Assembly: GCA_964537965.1 (NCBI GenBank)
Contig: CAZIDB010000004.1
Location: 1-46,284 of the forward strand
Direction of reading: 5' to 3'
DNA length: 46,284 nucleotides
Source of the DNA: an uncultured Melioribacter sp.
GTDB taxonomy: Bacteria > Bacteroidota > Ignavibacteria > Ignavibacteriales > SURF-24
Below are positions 18,830 through 27,718 of this stretch, piece by piece. Below the pieces are notes generated by a model. It saw only the letters and a program-made list of their open reading frames with translations. It did not search any database and had not been told where the DNA came from. Position numbers and translations under genes: made by a program. Each line of letters opens with the position of its first letter. Positions within the stretch are counted from its first letter, which is position 1.

Positions 18830-20008
18830 ATGAACGGAAAAAAGTTGCTCTCTTTTCATGCACGTGTTGTTAAAGATATTAACGAACAGGTGGTTTTAAA
18901 ACTCATTCAGGAGAATGAGATCATTTCAAGTTCAGACCTTGTTAAAATAACAGGTATGCGTCCTTCTACAATATTTAATATCCTAAAGGAATTATCTTCA
19001 CGCGGGTTGGTTTCATTTTTTGGTAAAGGCAACTCAACAGAGAAAGGTGGAAAGAAACCTTATATCTGGAAATTAAACAGGGAAGCAGCTTATGTAATCG
19101 GTCTTGATATTGAAGTTGGTGAAATGACTGCTGTAATTCTGGACTTTAACGGAGGCATAATTGCCAGAAGAATTATTAAACTCGAAATCGGCAGAAATGT
19201 TGATGAATTAGCAAGTACAATTATTACAGTAGTTGATGCAATCATAATCGAAAATAAAATTGATACGGATAAAGTTTTGGGCCTGGGGGTTGCGTTTGCG
19301 GGTGTGGTAGATTATCAGCAAGGCGTTGTTGTTATGTCCAGCATTTTACCCGAAATGAATTTTCCACTATTCGAAAAATTAAGCTCACTCCCATTTCCTG
19401 TTTTAATTGAAAATAATGCTAATGCTGCAGCCGTAGGATTAAAATGGAATGGCAATGATAAATCAAAAAGAAATTATATAACTGTTCTTGTTGAAATAGA
19501 TAAAAATGTAAGTGGGTTGGGAATCGGTATCGTCATTGAAGGTGAACTTTATCACGGCGCTTCCTTCTGTGCCGGCGAGCTCTACCCTCATCTACCGACG
19601 CTAAAGGAAATTTTATCAACTGTCCGAAGCAGATTCTCTGAAGGAAAAATTCTTAAAGATTATGTCGCTCCTCTTGAAACTATAGATATAGAGCTGCTTT
19701 TAGAAGCAGCAAAAAATGGTGATGAAATTGCAAAACTTGTATTTTCAATGATTGGAAATATTGTTGGACAAACAATTAGTCCCGCAGTAGCACTATTAAA
19801 TCCGGATACATTGATCATAACCGGTATTGTTTCCGAGATGGCAGAAGTAGTGATTAATTCCGTCCGCAAGGCAATCGAGATGAGAGTTTTATCGATAGCA
19901 AATAATACTCTGAATATACTTGTTGATAAACATCATCATTACTCTGTTGCAGTAGGGGCAGCAGCATTGATTCTTGAAGATTATTTCAGATTACCTTTTG
20001 CGAAATAA
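18830..20008 (+). CDS. ROK-family transcriptional regulator (NagC/Mlc-like)
   Basis: 392-aa ORF. N-terminal winged-HTH (ISSSDLVKITGMRPSTIFNILKELSSRGLV). ROK sugar-kinase fold follows (VIGLDIEVGEMTAVILD, ENNANAAAVG, CAGELYPH). Confidence 0.85.
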   Translation: MNGKKLLSFHARVVKDINEQVVLKLIQENEIISSSDLVKITGMRPSTIFNILKELSSRGLVSFFGKGNSTEKGGKKPYIWKLNREAAYVIGLDIEVGEMTAVILDFNGGIIARRIIKLEIGRNVDELASTIITVVDAIIIENKIDTDKVLGLGVAFAGVVDYQQGVVVMSSILPEMNFPLFEKLSSLPFPVLIENNANAAAVGLKWNGNDKSKRNYITVLVEIDKNVSGLGIGIVIEGELYHGASFCAGELYPHLPTLKEILSTVRSRFSEGKILKDYVAPLETIDIELLLEAAKNGDEIAKLVFSMIGNIVGQTISPAVALLNPDTLIITGIVSEMAEVVINSVRKAIEMRVLSIANNTLNILVDKHHHYSVAVGAAALILEDYFRLPFAK

Positions 20009-20384
20009 AAGACGAATTTACCAGCATCCTTTTCAAAAGATAATATACTTATCTCTTCCGCAAGTTAAGGTTTAACCAAGTAAAACAATTTCGATAATTT
20101 CAGTCTGAAATAAACTGGAGTATCTCAACTTAGTCATACCAGCATAAAATTTATCTTAAAGCGGGCAAACGATTTGCTTTTTAATAAAATAAACTATAAC
20201 TTAGCGCCAGGTTAATTTTAGAAAAAAATAAATAAAGTGTTTCTCTTGAAATATATGGTTTTCCCACCTTCTAAATAATTGTTAAATTCTTTGAAGTCGG
20301 ATCGACACTTCTCCCGGCTTATGTAGAAAGAAATACAATGAACTTGGGAAACACCCGTTAGTATTTACAGCCCGGAGGCTATTT

Positions 20385-22760
20385 ATGAATTATGGTTACT
20401 TTTCTGATGACGGAAAAGAGTTTATAATTACAAACCCGAAAACACCTACTCCCTGGATAAATTATATTTATAATGGAAATTACTTTGCTACAATATCAAA
20501 TAATGCCGGCGGAATAAGCTATTTCAAAAATCCACTGCACGGAAGAATAACCAGATACAGAATTAATGACGTACCACCTGACCGCCCCGGAAAATATATT
20601 TATGTAAAAGATAAAGACACAAAAGAATTATGGAGCTTATCCTGGCAACCTGTTGGTAAAAATAGCGAGGCATATAAAACAATCCACGGATTCGGATACA
20701 CACGCATTGAATCTGAAATTGAAAAAATAAATTCTTCTGTTTTGTACTTTGTCCCTTTGGATGATAACAGGGAAATCTGGAAAGCCTCTGTTAAAAATAA
20801 TTCAAATAAAACCCGCCGTTTATCTTTATACGGTTATGTTGAGTTTGCACTTGGACATGGAATGATCGACATTATAAATCAATGCGATGATCAGCATTTT
20901 AACCGTGTTCACTTTGATAAAAATCTAAATTCAATTTTCGCTACAAAGACATACTGGGTAACACAATCAAGCGGTACACAACAGCAGGAAAACCAGGAAT
21001 GGGATCAATGGGCATTCTTCAGTGTTAATCAACCTGTTATTAAATACGAAACCTTACGCGAACGATTTATTGGTTTGTACAGGAACGAAAACAATCCCGA
21101 AGCAATTGAAAAAGATAATCTGACTTGCAAGGATACGGATTTTGGAAACACTGTCGGTGTGCTTCAGGTTGATATAGAATTACTTCCCGGTGAGTCCAAA
21201 GATGTAATTTTCTCGCTGGGTGTAATTCCTAAAACAGAATTTGAATCCCAGAAAAACTCAACTCTTAAAAAATATACTTCTATTGATGAAATTGATAATG
21301 CATTAAACAAAGTAAGATCCTGGTGGGAAGGCTTTTTTAACCATGCCAAAGTTGAAACATCAGACAAAATATTAAATACTTTCATGAATTACTGGATTCA
21401 ATACCAGGCAAGAGTTGCTTTTGATGTTGGAAGAGTTGCAAGTTTTTATTATTGGGGAATAAGCCGCGGTTTCGGCTTCAGGGATACTTCGCAGGATGTA
21501 ATAGCAGTAACAATATCGGATCCTGAAAAAGCAAAAGAAAGAATTTTATTTTTAGCAAAACAGATGTTTACAGACGGCAGAGCTTATCATCATTTTTATA
21601 ATGAAGGAGCCGGAGAATTAACCAAGCATTGTGATGACCCGCTGTGGTTCATACTTGCAGTTACTGTATATATCCAGGAGACGGGTGATTTTTCAATCCT
21701 TGAACAACTTGCCCCCTTTGCCGATAATAGTGAAGGAACTATCCTTGAGCATATGTTTGCAGTGGTTAAGTTCGTGGAGAATAATCTTGCAAAACATAAT
21801 CTTCCTTTCTTTGGCAGAGGAGATTGGAACGATACTCTTGATTATATTGGTGGAGATGACGGCGGTGAAAGTGTTTGGGGCGCTATGTTTTATGTTACAA
21901 TGCTTAACCGGTTCATGGATCTCTTGGAAAACATAAAAGTAGAAAGCAAGGACATAAAAGTTTTACGTGACAAAATTAGCAAGAGTATAGATGATTATTG
22001 CTGGGATGGCGAGTGGTATATTCGTGCGTTCGGAATGAATGACAAGAGGATTGGCTCAAAAGCAAATAAGTACGGAAAGATTTTTATAAATACTCAAAGT
22101 TGGCCCGTACTTGCAAAATTGCCTGATAAAAAAAGATTAATTTCCGCTCTTGATAGTGCAAAAAAATATCTTGATTCGGAATACGGTCCAAAAATATGTG
22201 CACCTGCATTCAGAGAAATTGACCCTAACATTGGTTTGATTACAAGATGCGTGGCAGGTAAAAAAGAAAATGCAGCCGTCTTTAATCACCCTACCTGCTG
22301 GTTAATCCAGGCTGAGTGCCTGATGGGCAGGGGCAATCAGGCTTTTGAATATTTCAAAAAACTTCTTCCTAATAGGGTTGACTCAGATATCTATCAGGCT
22401 GAGCCATATGTTTACTCTCAGTATATTACAAGCGATGAACATGGTGAACCGGGTAAAGCAAGTCATTCCTGGCAAACCGGAACTGCTTCCTGGATGTACA
22501 GAATTGCATTTGATTACATTACAGGAGTAAGGCCAACTTACCCGGGCTTAATGATAGATCCCGTAATACCTTCTGAATGGAAATCATTCAAAGTAGAGAG
22601 AAAATACAGAGGCACTGTTTATAAAATTGAAGTTGAGAATCCGGATGGTGTTGAACACGGAGTAAAGCAAATTAGCGTTGACGGAAAGGTTATTCAGGGA
22701 AATGTTCTACCTGTGACCGGAACAGAGGTATGTTATGTTAAAGTTATTATGGGAAATTAA
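20385..22760 (+). CDS. GH94 disaccharide phosphorylase (cellobiose/chitobiose phosphorylase family; acceptor specificity unknown)
   Basis: 791-aa ORF with no signal peptide. The N-terminus MNYGYFSDDGKEFIITNPKTPTPWINYI parallels the GH94 MRYGHFDD..EYVIT.P.TP.PWINYL. Further GH94 blocks are GFGFRDTSQD, DDPLWF, the catalytic-Asp block FFGRGDWNDTLD, and the C-terminal SHSWQTGTASWMY..GVRPTYPGLMIDP. Confidence 0.88.
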   Translation: MNYGYFSDDGKEFIITNPKTPTPWINYIYNGNYFATISNNAGGISYFKNPLHGRITRYRINDVPPDRPGKYIYVKDKDTKELWSLSWQPVGKNSEAYKTIHGFGYTRIESEIEKINSSVLYFVPLDDNREIWKASVKNNSNKTRRLSLYGYVEFALGHGMIDIINQCDDQHFNRVHFDKNLNSIFATKTYWVTQSSGTQQQENQEWDQWAFFSVNQPVIKYETLRERFIGLYRNENNPEAIEKDNLTCKDTDFGNTVGVLQVDIELLPGESKDVIFSLGVIPKTEFESQKNSTLKKYTSIDEIDNALNKVRSWWEGFFNHAKVETSDKILNTFMNYWIQYQARVAFDVGRVASFYYWGISRGFGFRDTSQDVIAVTISDPEKAKERILFLAKQMFTDGRAYHHFYNEGAGELTKHCDDPLWFILAVTVYIQETGDFSILEQLAPFADNSEGTILEHMFAVVKFVENNLAKHNLPFFGRGDWNDTLDYIGGDDGGESVWGAMFYVTMLNRFMDLLENIKVESKDIKVLRDKISKSIDDYCWDGEWYIRAFGMNDKRIGSKANKYGKIFINTQSWPVLAKLPDKKRLISALDSAKKYLDSEYGPKICAPAFREIDPNIGLITRCVAGKKENAAVFNHPTCWLIQAECLMGRGNQAFEYFKKLLPNRVDSDIYQAEPYVYSQYITSDEHGEPGKASHSWQTGTASWMYRIAFDYITGVRPTYPGLMIDPVIPSEWKSFKVERKYRGTVYKIEVENPDGVEHGVKQISVDGKVIQGNVLPVTGTEVCYVKVIMGN

Positions 22761-22824
22761 AACAACAATATTCTCTGCCTGATCCGGTTGTTTTCAAAAT
22801 AGCATTCACGAATCTATTAAAAAC

Positions 22825-22863
22825 TCTGCCGGAATAAGAAATTATTCTGACAGATATTTTTTA
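22825..22863 (+). terminator. Rho-independent terminator after GH94
   Basis: tctgccggaataa / ttattctgacaga form a 13-position stem (11 Watson-Crick pairs, 1 G-U, 1 mismatch) around loop gaaa. It is followed by tattttttatt. Confidence 0.55.
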
Positions 22864-22882
22864 TTATCAAAAAGTATTTTAC

Positions 22883-24118
22883 ATGAGAAAAAATTCACCA
22901 CAAATTTCTGCCGCAATATTTTTTTTAATTATTCTTGCTTCCCCACTTATTCAAAATATCAAGGCTGAAATTCCATCTGCCGGAAACAACAAAGTTGCCT
23001 ATTATGTTTATGATTCAGGAGGACCTGATCATTATCCGCTTACATCTTTTACGGATGAAGCGAATGTAGTTGTACTGTTTGAAGGCAAGTTATGGGAATT
23101 GGCAGATTCAGTTCATTATGAAACCGGTTGGATGAGAAACGTTAATTATCACTATTACAGTGAAATAATAAGAGATGTAAGAATCCTGCAATCAAAGGGC
23201 GTAAAGGTGCTTATTAATGTTGATGATGCAGCTTCATGGAGCACAGCAACACCATTTACAACTTATGATGGAATTGCATATGATTATAAACAGTTCGCAG
23301 CATTTATAAAAGCTTGTGCAATTGATTCTTTACATCTTGATGGTATTTCCCTTGATATTGAACATGGGGCATCTTGGAATGAACCATATAAGAATTTGTT
23401 AATGGAACTTGGTAAATATTTCGGACCTAAGTCTTCCGACAGTTCTTCACAGATGTATATTGCAGCAATATATACTGGCGGGGCACCGGGTTCCTCACTT
23501 GGTAAATCCGCGGAAGTAACTTCATATATGAATTTTATTATGGATATGGCTTATTTTAATTACAATTATATAAATCGTTTTAACCAATGGGCTAATTCAA
23601 TTGGTACAACAAAAACTATGATTGGCGTTCTTAATGATTATTTTACCATGGATTATGCAACAAGTGTTGCAAAGTGGCAGCCGTCTATGGGTACAAAAGC
23701 GGGAGTCATGGTTTATGCTGCCAATAATCTTAAGTCTTACACTGATTCGGTTTTCAGATCACTTTCTGTTCCTTCTACAGATGTGAATGAACCAGAACAA
23801 AATATTCCTCAGAATTATGCCTTGCTGCAGAACTTTCCAAATCCTTTTAATCCTTCCACTACTATTTCGTATTCATTACCGCAAACCGGAAGAGTTAGTT
23901 TGAAGGTTTATGATTTGCTTGGAAGTGAGATACTAACTTTGGTGAATGAAGAAAAACCTGCCGGAAATTATAATGCAGAATTTTCCGCCGAAGGAGGACC
24001 CACCTCTGGCGGAAATGGTTCTGCACTTTCAAGCGGAGTATATTTTGCCAGACTGATTGTTGAAACAGAAAATAATAAATCATATACTAATACCATTAAA
24101 ATGATGCTAAGTAAATAA
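22883..24118 (+). CDS. GH18 endo-beta-N-acetylglucosaminidase (EndoH-like), T9SS-secreted
   Basis: 411-aa ORF with a signal peptide. It is collinear with the EndoH blocks I recall: KVAYYVY, ANVVVLFEG, ILQSKGVKVLINV, the catalytic LHLDGISLDIEH (D-x-E), YIAAIYTGG and GVMVYAAN. A C-terminal T9SS sorting domain is present. Confidence 0.8.
   Translation: MRKNSPQISAAIFFLIILASPLIQNIKAEIPSAGNNKVAYYVYDSGGPDHYPLTSFTDEANVVVLFEGKLWELADSVHYETGWMRNVNYHYYSEIIRDVRILQSKGVKVLINVDDAASWSTATPFTTYDGIAYDYKQFAAFIKACAIDSLHLDGISLDIEHGASWNEPYKNLLMELGKYFGPKSSDSSSQMYIAAIYTGGAPGSSLGKSAEVTSYMNFIMDMAYFNYNYINRFNQWANSIGTTKTMIGVLNDYFTMDYATSVAKWQPSMGTKAGVMVYAANNLKSYTDSVFRSLSVPSTDVNEPEQNIPQNYALLQNFPNPFNPSTTISYSLPQTGRVSLKVYDLLGSEILTLVNEEKPAGNYNAEFSAEGGPTSGGNGSALSSGVYFARLIVETENNKSYTNTIKMMLSK
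23810..24115 (+). other. T9SS C-terminal sorting domain (Por secretion tail) of the GH18 protein
   Basis: QNYALLQNFPNPFNPSTTISYSLPQTGRVSLKVYDLLGSEILTLVNEEKPAGNYNAEF...SGVYFARL...KMMLSK. Confidence 0.85.
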
Positions 24119-24153
24119 AAATATCTTTTCATCACCTTAAAAGAAAAATCAAT

Positions 24154-25116
24154 ATGCTAAAACGAAATACAAAAAACCCAATTCTTACACGCACGGACAT
24201 TCCTGACATTCAGCCAAATGTTGTTGATGTTTCATCAGTCTTTAATCCTGGTGCAGTTAAATATAATGGCAAATATATTCTTCTGCTTCGTGTTCAAAAC
24301 AGGGGAAGAGAAACTTTTATTATGCAGGCAGAAAGCGATAACGGTGTTGATTTCAAAGTTGAAAATAAAATTGTTGATTTTAAAGGAATTGAAAAGATTA
24401 AAGAGAAAATTTATCACATCTACGATGCGCGTATTACAAAGCTGGAAGATAATTATTATGTTATGTTTGCAATGGATATGGATGCAGGCTGCTCATTAGG
24501 ACTTGCAAAAACTAAATCATTTAAAGAGTATGAATTTCTTGGTATAGTTTCCGATGGAGATATCCGCAACGGTGTTTTATTCCCCGAAAAAATAAATGGT
24601 AAATATGTACGCTTCGACAGACCAAATAAAGTTCAACTTGAAGGCGGACCGTCGTCAGGCAATACAATCTGTATGTCAGAATCTGATGATTTGATGAAAT
24701 GGAAAACAGTAAAAGCAGTTATGAGTGGACGATTCCATTACTGGGATGAAAATATCGGCTCAGGTCCTTCTCCTGTAAAGACAAGAGAAGGCTGGTTACA
24801 TATTTTTCACGGAGTTGCAACTCATTTTGCCAGTTCTAATATTTACCAGGCCGGCGTTTCTCTTCATGATTTAAATGACCCTTCCATTATAATTGGAAGA
24901 GGAAAATATAACATACTTGAACCAAGAGAAATATTTGAGTTGACAGGTCAGGTACAGAACGTTGTGTTCCCCAGCGGAATGATAGTGGAAGAATTTGATA
25001 ATGAAGGTTATGCTAAGCCTGAAAGTAAAGTACTGGTTTATTATGGCGCAGCAGATACAGTTGTGGGTCTTGCAACTTCAACCATTAAAGAATTAATTGA
25101 AGCTGCCAAATTATAA
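24154..25116 (+). CDS. GH130 beta-1,4-mannoside phosphorylase (Man-beta-1,4-GlcNAc phosphorylase type)
   Basis: 320-aa ORF with no signal peptide. GH130 pattern NPILTRTDIP..VFNPGAVKYNGKYILLLRV, DARITKLEDNYYVMF, and basic phosphate-site residues DIRNGVLFPEKINGKYVRFDRP. Size matches the short N-glycan-type GH130 enzymes. Confidence 0.85.
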   Translation: MLKRNTKNPILTRTDIPDIQPNVVDVSSVFNPGAVKYNGKYILLLRVQNRGRETFIMQAESDNGVDFKVENKIVDFKGIEKIKEKIYHIYDARITKLEDNYYVMFAMDMDAGCSLGLAKTKSFKEYEFLGIVSDGDIRNGVLFPEKINGKYVRFDRPNKVQLEGGPSSGNTICMSESDDLMKWKTVKAVMSGRFHYWDENIGSGPSPVKTREGWLHIFHGVATHFASSNIYQAGVSLHDLNDPSIIIGRGKYNILEPREIFELTGQVQNVVFPSGMIVEEFDNEGYAKPESKVLVYYGAADTVVGLATSTIKELIEAAKL

Positions 25117-25136
25117 ATTTCTTCTTTGCGTCTTTG
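25117..25136 (+). repeat. Copy 1 of a 20-nt dispersed intergenic motif
   Basis: atttcttctttgcgtctttg starts immediately after the GH130 stop. It matches 19/20 with 39938-39957 in the same orientation. Confidence 0.6.
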
Positions 25137-25212
25137 TTCCACCTGCAGGCGGATTTACGGTGAATTAAACAAGAGTAATTTTTAACAACAGAAATTATCC
25201 CGGATAGTTAAT

Positions 25213-26313
25213 ATGATGAAATCATTTGTTATACTTTTTCTATCGGCCACTATTTATTTCGCTCAGTCAATACCAAAACCATCAATTGAATTTTCACCAA
25301 AGAAATATATTTGTTACAAATCAGATGAGGCTTTAACTGTTGATGGAAATATTACAGAACAATCGTGGGAAAAGGCAGAATGGACTGATGATTTTATTGA
25401 TATTGAAGGGCTTGCAAAACCAATTCCCAGATTCAGAACACGCTGTAAAATGCTGTGGGATGAAAATTATTTTTTTGTAGCGGCAGAAATATCCGAACCT
25501 GATATATGGGGTTACCTAAAAAACCGTGATGATATTATTTTCTTTGATAATGATTTCGAAATCTTTATCGATCCGGACGGTGATACCCACCGATACAGTG
25601 AATTTGAAATGAACGCTTTAAATACTGTCTGGGATCTTTTTCTTGTTCTTCCCTACAGGGATACTAAAAATGCAGCAGTTCATAACTGGGATATAAAAGG
25701 ATTAAAAACAGGCACTTCAATTAACGGCACTGTAAATAAAGCCGGTGATAAAGATGTTTGCTGGACAGCAGAAGTTGCATTTCCGTGGCAGGCTTTTAAG
25801 GAGATTGCGGAAACTTCTGTCCCTCCAAAAAATAATGATCAATGGCGTGTTAATTTCTCACGTGTTGAATGGAAGACTGAAGTGAAAGATGATAAGTATG
25901 TAAAGCAAATTAATCCTGCTACAGGCAAATCATATCCTGAGGATAATTGGGTATGGTCACCGCAGGGTGTTGTAAATATGCATTACCCTGAAATGTGGGG
26001 ATTCGTTCAGTTTGCCGATGCAATAGTTGGAAATAAAAAAGTTTCTTTTGTTAATAATCCTGATGAAGAAGTTAAGTGGTTTTTAAGAGAAATTTATTAT
26101 AAGCAATGCGCTAACTTTGAAAAGAATAAAAAGTATTTGACGAGTTTTGAAGAACTTAATATTGATAAAAAAAATATTCCAGGATTTTTATTTCCTCCTG
26201 TAATTGAATGCACATCAAATATGTTTGAAGCTTCAATTCAATCAGAAGATGGTACAAAGATAATTCATATAAGGAATGACGGCTTAACCTGGATTTCAGA
26301 AATAAAGAAGTAA
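25213..26313 (+). CDS. CBM9-like (carbohydrate-binding family 9-like) secreted protein
   Basis: 366-aa ORF with a signal peptide (MMKSFVILFLSATIYFAQS). CBM9_2-like blocks are LTVDGNITEQSWEKAEWTDDFIDIEG, MLWDENYFFVAAEISEPDIWG, DNDFEIFIDPDGDTHRYSEFEMNALNTVWDL and WRVNFSRVEW. Confidence 0.6.
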   Translation: MMKSFVILFLSATIYFAQSIPKPSIEFSPKKYICYKSDEALTVDGNITEQSWEKAEWTDDFIDIEGLAKPIPRFRTRCKMLWDENYFFVAAEISEPDIWGYLKNRDDIIFFDNDFEIFIDPDGDTHRYSEFEMNALNTVWDLFLVLPYRDTKNAAVHNWDIKGLKTGTSINGTVNKAGDKDVCWTAEVAFPWQAFKEIAETSVPPKNNDQWRVNFSRVEWKTEVKDDKYVKQINPATGKSYPEDNWVWSPQGVVNMHYPEMWGFVQFADAIVGNKKVSFVNNPDEEVKWFLREIYYKQCANFEKNKKYLTSFEELNIDKKNIPGFLFPPVIECTSNMFEASIQSEDGTKIIHIRNDGLTWISEIKK

Positions 26314-26353
26314 TTTTTAACCTTTTAACTTTTCAATCTTTTTAACAAAGAAT

Positions 26354-27691
26354 ATGAATAACCGCCCATCAATAGAAGATAGAAAATTTACAAGTGCTGT
26401 AATTGAAAATAAGATTTCAGAAGTAAAAGATTTTATTGCCGATAAAGAATTAGCTTCTCTTTTCGAAAATTGCTTTCCCAATACGCTTGATACAACTGTA
26501 AATTTCAAAATTGAAAATGGTGTGCCGGATACGTTTGTAATTACTGGTGATATTAATGCGATGTGGCTGCGCGATTCAAGTGCACAGGTATGGCCTTACC
26601 TCAACTTTATAAATGAAGACTCATCTTTGACAGACATGATCCGCGGAGTAATTAACCGGCAGACGAAATGTATCCTGCTTGATCCTTATGCAAACGCATT
26701 TACAGATGGAGATGTAAGTAGTGAATGGGCAGACGATTTTACAGAGATGAAGCCGGGAGTTCATGAGCGTAAATGGGAAATTGATTCCCTGTGCTACCCT
26801 GTTCGTTTAGCTTATTCATATTGGAAGACTACAAATGATTCATCGTGTTTTACTGATGAGTGGAAAAAGGCAGCTAAGTTAATTGTAAAAACATTTAAAG
26901 AGCAGCAAAGAAAAAATGATCGCGGTACATACAGATTTGGAAGAGCAACTTCCTGGAGTACTGATACTGTTCCGGGCAATGGTTTCGGTAATCCGGTTGA
27001 GCCTGTTGGTTTAATTGTTTCTGTTTTCAGGCCCTCAGATGACGCAACAATTTTTCCTTTCCTTATTCCCTCAAATTATTTTGCTGTAATTACACTTAGA
27101 AAAATTGCTGATATTTTTACTAAGCTTTTCAACGAAGATGAATTCGCTTCGGAATGTGTAAGCTTAGCAGCAGAAATTAAGAATGCCATAAAGCAATATG
27201 CAATTGTTGATCATCTCCACTTTGGAGAAATATTCGCATACGAAGTAGATGGCTTTGGAAATAAATTATTTACGGATGATGCTAACATTCCTAATCTATT
27301 ATCCCTTCCCTATCTTGAATGCTGTTCTCAAACCGATAAAGTTTATTTGAACACACGAAATTTTGTGCTTAGCAGATTCAATCCGTATTTCTTTAAGGGA
27401 AATGCTGCAGAAGGAATCGGAAGCCCTCACACATTAGTAAATAAAATCTGGCCGTTAAGTATTACGATGAGAGCTTTAACAAGCAATGATGAAGAAGAAA
27501 TTATCCATTGCCTGAATTACCTGAAATCCTCACATGCTGGTATGGGATTTATGCACGAATCATTTGATAAAGATAATGCTAAAGATTTTACACGCAGTTG
27601 GTTTGCATGGGCAAATTCTCTCTTTGGTGAGTTGATATTACAACTCTACAACGAAAATCCATCTTTACTTAAGCGAAAACAATACTATTAA
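26354..27691 (+). CDS. GH125 exo-alpha-1,6-mannosidase (cytoplasmic)
   Basis: 445-aa ORF with no signal peptide. GH125 (former DUF1237) blocks are FPNTLDTTV, FVITGDINAMWLRDSSAQVWPY, HERKWEIDSLCYP, IWPLSITMRA and the C-terminal FAWANSLFGEL. Confidence 0.87.
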   Translation: MNNRPSIEDRKFTSAVIENKISEVKDFIADKELASLFENCFPNTLDTTVNFKIENGVPDTFVITGDINAMWLRDSSAQVWPYLNFINEDSSLTDMIRGVINRQTKCILLDPYANAFTDGDVSSEWADDFTEMKPGVHERKWEIDSLCYPVRLAYSYWKTTNDSSCFTDEWKKAAKLIVKTFKEQQRKNDRGTYRFGRATSWSTDTVPGNGFGNPVEPVGLIVSVFRPSDDATIFPFLIPSNYFAVITLRKIADIFTKLFNEDEFASECVSLAAEIKNAIKQYAIVDHLHFGEIFAYEVDGFGNKLFTDDANIPNLLSLPYLECCSQTDKVYLNTRNFVLSRFNPYFFKGNAAEGIGSPHTLVNKIWPLSITMRALTSNDEEEIIHCLNYLKSSHAGMGFMHESFDKDNAKDFTRSWFAWANSLFGELILQLYNENPSLLKRKQYY

Positions 27692-27718
27692 AATATTTCA
27701 AAATAAATCAGAAGCATC

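Noticed and set aside
20255-20278. Tiny upstream ORF ATG GTT TTC CCA CCT TCT AAA TAA (MVFPPSK) in the GH94 leader, and a second one (MNLGNTR) at 20338-20361
   Set aside because: No ribosome-binding context, and such 7-codon ORFs are expected by chance in 376 bp. Unlike the his leader, they have no link to an alternative-structure logic that I can demonstrate.
25141-25154. ccacctgcaggcgg palindromic segment after GH130, considered as a terminator
   Set aside because: The stem has only 4-5 bp with a mismatch and no following T-run. It may be part of the dispersed motif reported separately.
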